This document shows positions 15,419 to 23,595 of a DNA stretch of 24,000 bases, piece after piece. Position 1 is the stretch's first letter. The number at the start of each line of letters is the position of its first letter. The DNA is from Calothrix sp. HK-06 (GTDB lineage: Bacteria; Cyanobacteriota; Cyanobacteriia; Cyanobacteriales; Nostocaceae), in NCBI GenBank assembly GCA_001904745.1, contig MRCD01000119.1, positions 1,749-25,748 of the forward strand. The letters run 5' to 3'. Under the pieces are notes generated by a model that was given only the letters and a program-made list of their open reading frames with translations, did not search any database and was not told the origin of the DNA. Both the position numbers and the translations under genes were made by a program.

Positions 15419-15710
15419 AATTGTCATTGCCGCATAAGAAACTCGACTTCCAGCCCAGTTCTTCAAGCAATTTTATGCGCCAAGGCAAATAATCACCAAT
15501 ACATACCAATATATCATGGATAATCCCGTTTGTGTTCATTTATCTTTTGGCGTATATAAATACGTTAATAATTGTATCCATAGATTGTTATTGATAACGA
15601 TTATTATTCGTTTATCGTTGAAAAATGTTGTACATATTTGCTTAAAGTTCCTAACGGTAGAACTTTTCTCCTTTTTAACTAAAAGTAATAGGAGAATATT
15701 GTCAACGACT

Positions 15711-15964
15711 CAGCCCTGAAGGGACTGAAGCTCTTCAGCAACAGCTTGAAGTTTCAAACTTTCAGGTAAAGGAGACCAGACTCAGCACCCGCTACGTTCG
15801 TGGCAAAGTTAAAGAACCTACCTTGGAGTGCGTAGCTAGCTCCAAGCTCTAGAAACAAAAAGTTAAACATGCCTATCTGAGTTATATTGCAAGTGCTTTT
15901 GTATAGTACTGACCACGAACATTGTCAAAGCTAACATCACCCGTTTTACGGAGTTTTTCAAATC
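15711..15964 (+). ncRNA. candidate IscB omega RNA scaffold (5' boundary uncertain)
   Basis: Non-coding, locally structured region abutting the iscB start, which is where omega RNAs are encoded. Local hairpins: CCCT-ga-AGGG, CTGAAG-ct-CTTCAG, GAAGTTT/AAACTTTC and CTTGGAG(15822-15828)/CTCCAAG(15840-15846). Long-range pair: GTTCGTGG(15796-15803)/CCACGAAC(15913-15920). Confidence 0.5.
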
Positions 15965-17239
15965 ATGTCCAATTACGTTTTTGTCATTGATACAAACAAA
16001 AAACCTTGTAACCCGGTTCACCCAGCAGTTGCGAGAAAATTATTAAAGGAGAAGCAAGCCGCTGTATTTAGACGATTCCCGTTTACCTTGATTCTTAAAA
16101 TCAAGTTAACTGAACCAACACGAGAAATTCAACTCAAAATTGACCCTGGTTCTAAAACAACAGGGATTGCTTTAACTCAAGGTTCTTACGTTATTTGGGG
16201 AGCCGAACTTACACATCGAGGTGGAATAATAAAAGACGCATTACAATCACGCCGTTCGTTACGTCGTAGTAGAAGAAACCGTCATACTCGGTATCGTCAA
16301 CCTAAGTTTTTAAATCGAACAAGACGTGATGATTGGTTAGCACCAAGTTTGCAACATCGAGTTGAAACAACTATTACATGGGTAAACAAGTTAATCAAAT
16401 TTGTACCAATTACTGGAATATCTCAAGAGTTAGTTAGATTTGATTTGCAACAAATTGAGAATCCGGAAATATCAGGAACTGAGTATCAGCAAGGAGAGTT
16501 AGTAGGTTACGAAGTTCGTGAGTATCTACTTAACAAGTGGGATAGAAAATGTAGTTATTGTGGGATACAAAATGTTCCATTACAAATCGAGCATATTCGC
16601 TGCATAGCCAAGGGGGGTACGAATCGAATATCTAATCTATGTTTAGCCTGCGAGTCTTGCAATCTTAAAAAGGGAACACAAGACATTGAAGATTTCTTAG
16701 TTAAGAAGCCTCTTGTATTGAAACAAATTTTATCTCAGGCGAAAAGACCATTAAAAGATGCAGCAGCAGTGAATTCGACTCGATGGGCATTGTTTAATCG
16801 ACTCAAAAAAACAGGATTACTAGTTACTACTGGTTCTGGAGGACTAACTAAGTTTAATCGAACTCGCTTAAATTTAGAAAAAACTCATTGGCTAGATGCC
16901 GCCTGTGTTGGAAAAGTAGACACCTTGAAAGTTTTAACTAAAAAGCCACTAATAATTAAATCAACTGGACACGGAACGAGGCAACAATGTAGAACTGATA
17001 AATTTGGCTTTCCGAGTAGATACTGTTCTATAAACAAGTTTCATTTTGGTTTTCAAACTGGCGATATCGTTAAGGCAATAGTTAAAACAGGCAAAAAAAT
17101 CGGAAATTATATTGGTCGAATTGCAACACGTTCAACAGGTAGTTTTAACATTTCAACTAGTAATGGATTAGTTCAAGGTATTTCTCATAAATACTGTAAA
17201 GCTATCCATAAAAAAGACGGTTACAACTACTCAAATTGA
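15965..17239 (+). CDS. iscB: IscB (RuvC-HNH, OMEGA-type RNA-guided nuclease), apparently intact
   Basis: N-terminal PLMP-like VFVIDTNKKPCNPVHPAVARKLLKEKQAAVFRRFPFTLIL. RuvC-I KIDPGSKTTGIAL (D60). Arg-rich bridge helix RRSLRRSRRNRHTRYR. RuvC-II ISQELVRFD (E155). HNH CSYCG...LQIEHI...NLCLACESCNLKKG. RuvC-III THWLDAACVG (H308/D311). C-terminal GFQTGDIVKA...GRIATRSTGSF barrel. Confidence 0.92.
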   Translation: MSNYVFVIDTNKKPCNPVHPAVARKLLKEKQAAVFRRFPFTLILKIKLTEPTREIQLKIDPGSKTTGIALTQGSYVIWGAELTHRGGIIKDALQSRRSLRRSRRNRHTRYRQPKFLNRTRRDDWLAPSLQHRVETTITWVNKLIKFVPITGISQELVRFDLQQIENPEISGTEYQQGELVGYEVREYLLNKWDRKCSYCGIQNVPLQIEHIRCIAKGGTNRISNLCLACESCNLKKGTQDIEDFLVKKPLVLKQILSQAKRPLKDAAAVNSTRWALFNRLKKTGLLVTTGSGGLTKFNRTRLNLEKTHWLDAACVGKVDTLKVLTKKPLIIKSTGHGTRQQCRTDKFGFPSRYCSINKFHFGFQTGDIVKAIVKTGKKIGNYIGRIATRSTGSFNISTSNGLVQGISHKYCKAIHKKDGYNYSN

Positions 17240-17326
17240 TAAAGACTCAAACAGGTTAAAACCTGTTTGGTCGCTTCCCTCTCAGTACGCTCCGTGACTG
17301 AGGAAACTCGCATACCAGGTAATGTT

Positions 17327-18532
17327 ATGAAAAACAACACGGAAATTAAACATTTAAGTCCAAGTGAATTAGTTATTCATGCTGAATTACTGCGTATATA
17401 TGGAGATACCCAAGAGAAGCATGATTTACAGTTAGATATTGAAAAAAATGGCATCATGGTGCCATTAGTCGCATCAACACGTACATCAATCATTACTATT
17501 GTGTCGGGTAGGCGCCGACTACGAGATGCAATTGCGCTCTTGTTTGAATCAGTACCAGTAATTTGTTACCAATTCCCATCCGAGGAAGCGGAAAAACATT
17601 TCATCCTATCCGCTAACCGTGATAGACCCAAAACAAGGTTTCAACAACTGTTGGAAGGGAAGGAATGGGAATCACTTGAAAAACAGGCTGCTGCATTGCG
17701 GCGCCAACAGGGATTAAATCAACGCTGGAAGGATAAAGACATCGAAAAAGGCATTGATGACTCTGAATACTACCCAGTAGCATTGCTAGACAATTATTCC
17801 CCTTCTGACACATCTCAACGGAGTGTCTCTCAAGAGCCACACGAATTAAATAAAAAGCAGAGAGCGACGGATAAAGTAGGTGAACGGATTGGGATGTCGC
17901 GTCATAGTTATGAAAGAGGCAAGCGCGTTATTGAAAAATGTGAAAAATTACGTGATAGGGGTAAGGAGATTGAAGCGTTGGCGCTTGAGATGTATTTGGA
18001 ATCGGCAGGTATTGTACCAGCAAGTGATTTATTGAAGGCACCGAATTGTGACGAGGTTTTGGACTTGTTGGGCAGTGGTCAATCAAAAACTATTGGAGAG
18101 GCATTGTTGAAAGTGTCGCGCGTGAATAGTGCGAGTGCAGTAGTTGAGGGAGCTATATTTTTCTTTCCAGATGACATATTGCGTAAACGGACTTATTACC
18201 ATTCGGGTCGTGTGGTGAAGATAGCTAACATGACTGCGACGGTGTGCTTCCGAGATAGTGTTGATGATGATTTACGTAAACATCAATATAAATGTGATGA
18301 ACTGCTTGCTTTGAATAAAGAAGATGAAAACCTTCACCATCAAAGGTTACGGGATAGGATGAGTCGGTTATTGGTTCATCCTTGTGCTACTGCGAACGAT
18401 AAATATATGTTAAATCGGTTGCTTGGTGCTGTTGTGTGTACGCAGGATGAAGTTGACTGGCTACAGTTCATTGAACGACGTGTTGAAGATTTGGAAATTC
18501 AAAAAACAAGAACTTTGGAGGTAGTATCATGA
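17327..18532 (+). CDS. ParB/Srx-fold N-terminal domain protein with central HTH
   Basis: LSPSELVIHAELLRIYG...LQLDIEKNGIMVPLVAS...IVSGRRRLRDAI matches the ParB N-terminal domain, including the GxRR box. HTH-like ATDKVGERIGMSRHSYERGKRVIE. ATG at 17327 chosen over the tracked TTG at 17267. ATGA overlap with the next gene. Confidence 0.72.
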   Translation: MKNNTEIKHLSPSELVIHAELLRIYGDTQEKHDLQLDIEKNGIMVPLVASTRTSIITIVSGRRRLRDAIALLFESVPVICYQFPSEEAEKHFILSANRDRPKTRFQQLLEGKEWESLEKQAAALRRQQGLNQRWKDKDIEKGIDDSEYYPVALLDNYSPSDTSQRSVSQEPHELNKKQRATDKVGERIGMSRHSYERGKRVIEKCEKLRDRGKEIEALALEMYLESAGIVPASDLLKAPNCDEVLDLLGSGQSKTIGEALLKVSRVNSASAVVEGAIFFFPDDILRKRTYYHSGRVVKIANMTATVCFRDSVDDDLRKHQYKCDELLALNKEDENLHHQRLRDRMSRLLVHPCATANDKYMLNRLLGAVVCTQDEVDWLQFIERRVEDLEIQKTRTLEVVS

Positions 18533-21500
18533 AAATTGCGCGCACTTCAAAACGCAATAGTTGCCGAGTATGTGGTGAACACGATTCAAAATGTGGATGG
18601 GTACCCGATACCAATATTCATTTTTGCATGAATATTAATGATGCAATATCTGCCCCACCTGGATGGAAATATAAAGGGGAAACCCGCAACGGCATGTGGG
18701 GTATATTTGTACCGGATGATGGTAAAAAGTATACTGAAGAAGAAATTGCAGCATACAAACAGCGCAAGGTAGAGGAAGAATTAAAACGGCGGCAACAGCA
18801 CACCCAGTCGTTAAGTGAAGCATCGCGCCATCATGAATTAACCAAGTTGGTTAACCAGTTACCATTAAATGGGCGCCATAGTGAGGATTTGAAGCATCGT
18901 AATTTGAGTGATGAATTGATTTCAAGGGGTAACTTCCGCAGTGTTGGCCAGTTCCAGAAGCTTGATTTTGAACTATCTCATAACCTACCAGGTGCATCTA
19001 TCAATGGTAAATCTCTCACTAACAGATATTCTGGGTACATAGTTCCTATATGGAATGAACATGGTCAAATGGTTGGTTATCAAATACGTAATGATGATAT
19101 TGAGGGTGAAAAGGGCGCCAAATATGTATGGGCAACGAGTAATGCTAACACGCGTAGGTTGAAGGGTGTATCCTCGCACCTGCAAAATGGTGAATTACCT
19201 CTTACCTTCTGCGTGTCCGACAAGTTAAAAAGTCAAATTAACCATGCATTAATTTCAAATACAAATTCAGATCAAAGTGTAAAGCTAAGTCACTGCATCA
19301 ATTTAGCAGAAGGGTTTTTGAAAACATTCATTATTGCCCATTTGCGTGAGCTACTCGTGATAGGCGCCGCAGGTGGTAACTTTGTTGGCAGCATTGAAAC
19401 CTTCAAACGTTACCTTGATGCAGCGAGTCTTATGTTGGGTGGAACGAAAGAGGTAGTATTATGGGCAGATGCAGGCGCCATAGCGAATAAGCACGTAATG
19501 CGCCAGTATAGAAAAACCTACTCAGTATTAAGAAGGTGGGGCTATAGCTTACAAATAGCATGGTGGGGTCAAATCGATAAAAACTGCCTTGATGGGGATG
19601 AGTACCTGGGTGATTATGAGTTGATTAGCTGGTACGAGTTTGAATCAATGTCGCCCAACCCTAGCAGTATATTGAGGGAAGTTGAAAAGTTATTCAATCT
19701 TACTAAAAAACATTTATTCCGCAATAAATCAAAAACTGCCTTTGTCCCTAATGTAAAACAGGTAAATACATATCAATATGTACCAGGAAACCTGCCTACT
19801 TACGAAGACTATTTGGAAATGGGGTGTCCTTCCATCATTTATAAAAATGATGAACGTGCGACTATATGGAAAGAGGCAGAGTTAAAAGGATGGAAACATA
19901 TACTCGACTTTTCGGCACCAGGACTCGGTAAATCCCATACAGTAGGTAGTCTTACTGCTGAGTATATGGGTATGAACCAGTTGATGTATTTGGCATCAGA
20001 CCACCGTAACCCAACTACTATTACGATTGAAAAGAACTTTGTTGATGTGTTTCCCCGTCATGGTGGGTTAGAAAAAGACCCCACACGTCGAACACCTTTA
20101 GGTAAAGAGTTTCTTATACATAGTGATGGGAGCAGTGTTCGTGAAAAGACTAAAAGCAATTGCGCGCGTCACGAATTATTTGCGATTGCCAGAAAGAAAA
20201 ATATTGACCTTGAAGCTAGTGATGAAGGGATATGCCAAGGATGTAATTTATACGCATCATGTCAGAAAGGGGTGGGTGATAATTTTGGTTATTTGTCTGA
20301 TAGAGCTAGAGCATTAAGAAACCCACAAATTAGGCTACACCCGGATAGCACACCTTTACCAAGTAATTATGAATATGAGAGAGTGCTTGTTATTTGGGAT
20401 GAGACATCAGTATTGATGCGTAGTAAACTTAAAATTGATGTAAGACTTAGTGACATATATCAGTCGTTGGGGGCAATAATTGCAGCATTTGAAGAAACGA
20501 AGTCAATGGGTCGTGACTTCAACGTGTCGGATTCAATATCTCCCTTATTGATAATTACTCACGTATTGTTGAAACTGTTTGAAATACCTAAAAGTGAATT
20601 GGGTAGGTATGGGCTAAGTGATAGTGATATCCGTGAATTGTTGGGTGTGGCGCCAACTGAAACGTATCAAGAAATAGCAATTTTATTGGATAATCCACCT
20701 AACTTAGACTTTTTGAGCGAACAATCGGATAGAATTGACACATCAAAGTTATCCGCTGCTGATAAGCGTGGTGTGGGCAAATTCAATAAATTATTGCGTG
20801 GTGAGCATAATGATGACGCACGTGAGAAATTGGAAGCATTACCACTAAATTGGTTAGTACAGTTTATGGAAGTATGGGCAGGTTATACACCTGGATGCTT
20901 TACTTTCAACTTGGGCGTGTTTACCATACACCAATTTGATAGGCGCCACCGGGATGTAGCAGACGCAGCTGCATCCAATATTTATCTCGATGGTACAATG
21001 CCTGTTGAAAATCTTGCTTTGAAATTAGGCGTGCCACGCTCTAATATATTGGTGCTAAAAACTGAAACACCTGATTATTCCAACCTGGAAATAATACACA
21101 TCCCAGATATGGGAGTACTGAGTCGTGACCGTAGGGATTCTCAACAAGTTCGTGTTGATGCACTACGTGAAGCAATTCTTAATCTTGAAAGCAAGAAGTC
21201 AGATAATGCCATAGTTGGTTGTATTGAACGCAAAGCATTTGCTCGTGAGGGTGATGGGTATCATTTCCGCGATAGTCGGGGTATAAATAGGTTCAGTAAT
21301 GCAACTGCGATAATCGGTATTGGGGCACCTTATGCAAATATAGGGGAAATGCAAGCCGAATATCACCTATTACAAAAAGATAAATGTAAACGCGACGCAG
21401 CGAATTTAAGCAGTATGGGATTGCTGTTGAATTTGCTTTTATATTTGACAGTGGATGATATAGCGTTAATGTTGGCACCATTGTATGAAGTAGATTGTAG

Positions 21501-22188
21501 TAAGCAGGAATATATAGATAAGTTAGTGGATGCGGAGATATTGCAGGAAGTAGGGAGACTGCGTTCCCACCTGCGTCGTGATGAGTTGCTGACTTATTAT
21601 TTTGTGGGTGAATATGAGTTGGGAAAAGTTTTAAATGAGTTGCCGGGTGTGAAGTATACGTGTAGGGAGTCGTGTGAGTATTCGATAAAAGCTTGTGGTG
21701 GAACTAGGCGCCTGGAATTGATGGTTTGTAATGCTATTGGTGCAGTAATGTCAATGGGTATTGAGTCACCGACACAGAAACAAGTTATAGCTGAGATTGA
21801 AAATAAGAGCGACTACGGGAAAGTAAGTCAGGGTCGTATAAGTCAGGTGATGCAGCGGTTCGGGGGATGGGGCGCCATCTTGAAATTAGTGCGTAATGTG
21901 CTACTTGGAGTGAGGGAGTTTCCTTGTACTGATAACTCGTTTGATGATGAGAGATGGATAATAGAGACTTACTTGCCATTGATACTTGAGACAGCTGTCG
22001 ATGACCCAGTAGAAGCTGCACGCAAGTTGGTGGGTATAGCGGTCGTGCATGGATGGGGCGCTTTGAAGAAATGTATCAGTAGTGTTTCCTATGAATTACA
22101 GCAACAACTTGTAGATTTAGTGTTGGGGTTATATGCACTTTTTGATGCTGGGGGTATTGAGGAGTTAGCGGCTTTGGGAACTGAATGA
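18529..22188 (+). CDS. large plasmid replication protein: Zn-finger + TOPRIM-like (DUF3854-type) + P-loop helicase-type NTPase
   Basis: N-terminal CRVCGEHDSKCGW. GYIVPIWNEHGQMVGYQIRNDD...KYVW. LAEGFLKTFIIA and VLWADAG resemble TOPRIM E and DxD-type motifs. Walker A FSAPGLGKSHTVG and Walker B VLVIWDETS. This architecture resembles the primase-helicase Rep proteins described for cyanobacterial plasmids (from memory, not a search). Confidence 0.75.
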   Translation: MKIARTSKRNSCRVCGEHDSKCGWVPDTNIHFCMNINDAISAPPGWKYKGETRNGMWGIFVPDDGKKYTEEEIAAYKQRKVEEELKRRQQHTQSLSEASRHHELTKLVNQLPLNGRHSEDLKHRNLSDELISRGNFRSVGQFQKLDFELSHNLPGASINGKSLTNRYSGYIVPIWNEHGQMVGYQIRNDDIEGEKGAKYVWATSNANTRRLKGVSSHLQNGELPLTFCVSDKLKSQINHALISNTNSDQSVKLSHCINLAEGFLKTFIIAHLRELLVIGAAGGNFVGSIETFKRYLDAASLMLGGTKEVVLWADAGAIANKHVMRQYRKTYSVLRRWGYSLQIAWWGQIDKNCLDGDEYLGDYELISWYEFESMSPNPSSILREVEKLFNLTKKHLFRNKSKTAFVPNVKQVNTYQYVPGNLPTYEDYLEMGCPSIIYKNDERATIWKEAELKGWKHILDFSAPGLGKSHTVGSLTAEYMGMNQLMYLASDHRNPTTITIEKNFVDVFPRHGGLEKDPTRRTPLGKEFLIHSDGSSVREKTKSNCARHELFAIARKKNIDLEASDEGICQGCNLYASCQKGVGDNFGYLSDRARALRNPQIRLHPDSTPLPSNYEYERVLVIWDETSVLMRSKLKIDVRLSDIYQSLGAIIAAFEETKSMGRDFNVSDSISPLLIITHVLLKLFEIPKSELGRYGLSDSDIRELLGVAPTETYQEIAILLDNPPNLDFLSEQSDRIDTSKLSAADKRGVGKFNKLLRGEHNDDAREKLEALPLNWLVQFMEVWAGYTPGCFTFNLGVFTIHQFDRRHRDVADAAASNIYLDGTMPVENLALKLGVPRSNILVLKTETPDYSNLEIIHIPDMGVLSRDRRDSQQVRVDALREAILNLESKKSDNAIVGCIERKAFAREGDGYHFRDSRGINRFSNATAIIGIGAPYANIGEMQAEYHLLQKDKCKRDAANLSSMGLLLNLLLYLTVDDIALMLAPLYEVDCSKQEYIDKLVDAEILQEVGRLRSHLRRDELLTYYFVGEYELGKVLNELPGVKYTCRESCEYSIKACGGTRRLELMVCNAIGAVMSMGIESPTQKQVIAEIENKSDYGKVSQGRISQVMQRFGGWGAILKLVRNVLLGVREFPCTDNSFDDERWIIETYLPLILETAVDDPVEAARKLVGIAVVHGWGALKKCISSVSYELQQQLVDLVLGLYALFDAGGIEELAALGTE

Positions 22189-22340
22189 TGAAATAGGCGC
22201 CCTTGTTTAATGTAACAGCGTTATTCAAAAATCCTCATGCTGCGGTATGAGCAATTTACTGTGCTGACTTTTTATCCTCATATGTCACTTTACCCTGTAA
22301 CTATACCCAAAAGTTTTCTGGGCATGGAAGCATAAGTGTA

Positions 22341-22522
22341 ACTTAAAGGAAAAAGTGGCCGAAATTAAAGCATAAAATGACCGCAGTCCAAAACCTATAG
22401 TAGAAAAGGATTTGAGAGAGTTGAATGCGCGAACTTACAGAATATGATAACGGAATAACAAGCATTTCAGATTACTAAGGGTGGCCACTTTATCCTTTAA
22501 AAACGGCCACTTTATCTTTTAA
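22341..22522. repeat. iteron-like 18-20-bp repeats (candidate Rep binding sites / oriV)
   Basis: GGCCACTTTATCCTTTAA (22483-22500) and GGCCACTTTATCTTTTAA (22505-22522) are direct repeats 22 bp apart. ACTTAAAGGAAAAAGTGGCC (22341-22360) is an inverted copy. A degenerate ACTTTTTATCCT lies near 22266-22280. Confidence 0.55.
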
Positions 22523-23109
22523 GCGACACATTTTTTCTGAATACGCTAAAAAGTTACTGCCATCTGTTGGTTCAAGTCACATCATACATTGTATGAGTAT
22601 TTCCTCTTACAAAGTTAGGCGGGACGGAAACCGACACCGCCTACTTTGCGCTGTCATGTCAATATAAACTCATACGACATGAATTAACCCTATATTATTT
22701 AATTTACACTCCTTCATTGGCGCCTTTAAACTACACGAACCACACTCATATACAAAAATACTCAATATTTCAATGACATTGGTAGTGCTATTCACTACTC
22801 AGTAAATAAAATTATTTAGTATTTATCAATATGGCGCCTTTCAATACATTGAATAAGATGAATAATACGTAAATAAGTAGGTTGAATTATTAGTTTTGTA
22901 TTTATTGCTTTATATACAAAATTAATAATGAGTGATTAGGTACGTCGTAAGTCAACAAACCTACACCATGTCTCACTGTTTTTAAGATTCAATACTTTTT
23001 GTCGTTCGGGATAGCTGACATAACATAGTCTTGGGTCACTGGGGTGGTTTTTCATGATTTGTCCACTCCAGTGATGCGTTCCTTCTCAGGACTGTTACTT
23101 TGAAAAATT

Positions 23110-23502
23110 TTATATTTTAAATTTATCTCCAGCGATTTCTAGCATTATAAATGGTAGAACTTTCTCAGTTTCAAGAATTATTAGTCTTTCTTTAACAGAA
23201 ATTAATCTACACTTTGAAAAATCGCAATTTGATGCTAATTGTGCAGCATAATTTATAAGACTTTTACTATTTTCACTACTAAGTTCAAATATTTCTAACA
23301 ACCCTTTAATTGCTAAAAATTCTATATTTATGATTTCATCCGTATGATTTGTTTCAGGTAATTTAGCTACTATGACACCGGGTTCATTTGCTTCAATAAT
23401 AAAGTCATGTACTTTCCGTAATTTTTTCAAAAGAATACTTAAATTATTAGGTTTTCCATAACTATCTGGATACAACTGTTTACGACGTTTAGCTTCTCCC
23501 AT
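23110..23502 (-). CDS. hypothetical protein (130 aa)
   Basis: AGGAGG lies 6 nt upstream of the second ATG (23502; MGEAKRRKQ...). AT-rich gene with no recognisable motif. Confidence 0.55.
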   Translation of the reverse strand: MGEAKRRKQLYPDSYGKPNNLSILLKKLRKVHDFIIEANEPGVIVAKLPETNHTDEIINIEFLAIKGLLEIFELSSENSKSLINYAAQLASNCDFSKCRLISVKERLIILETEKVLPFIMLEIAGDKFKI

Positions 23503-23595
23503 TGTAGACCTCCTCATTGTCGTTTAAATTATTTATGAAAGTGGTTCTTCTCTTAATTATAGTACCGAATACAGAATAAAATCATTGGCTAATTT

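Larger units (their letters stand above)
15700..17305 (+). mobile_element. non-autonomous IS200/IS605-superfamily IscB element (ends not mapped)
   Basis: IscB plus an upstream structured RNA region. No Y1 (HUH) TnpA in the window. Strong hairpins just 3' of iscB: CAAACAGGT-taaa-ACCTGTTTG (17248-17269) and CTCAGT...ACTGAG (17281-17302). The element lies inside a GGCGCC-free interval. Confidence 0.5.

Noticed and set aside
14802-17239. The double-HTH gene as the transposase (TnpA) of the IscB element
   Set aside because: IS200/IS605 TnpA is a Y1/HUH enzyme. This protein shows only HTH units, no HUH or catalytic Tyr pattern. It is also separated from iscB by a promoter-terminator unit, so it is more likely an unrelated regulator or an IS630-type remnant.
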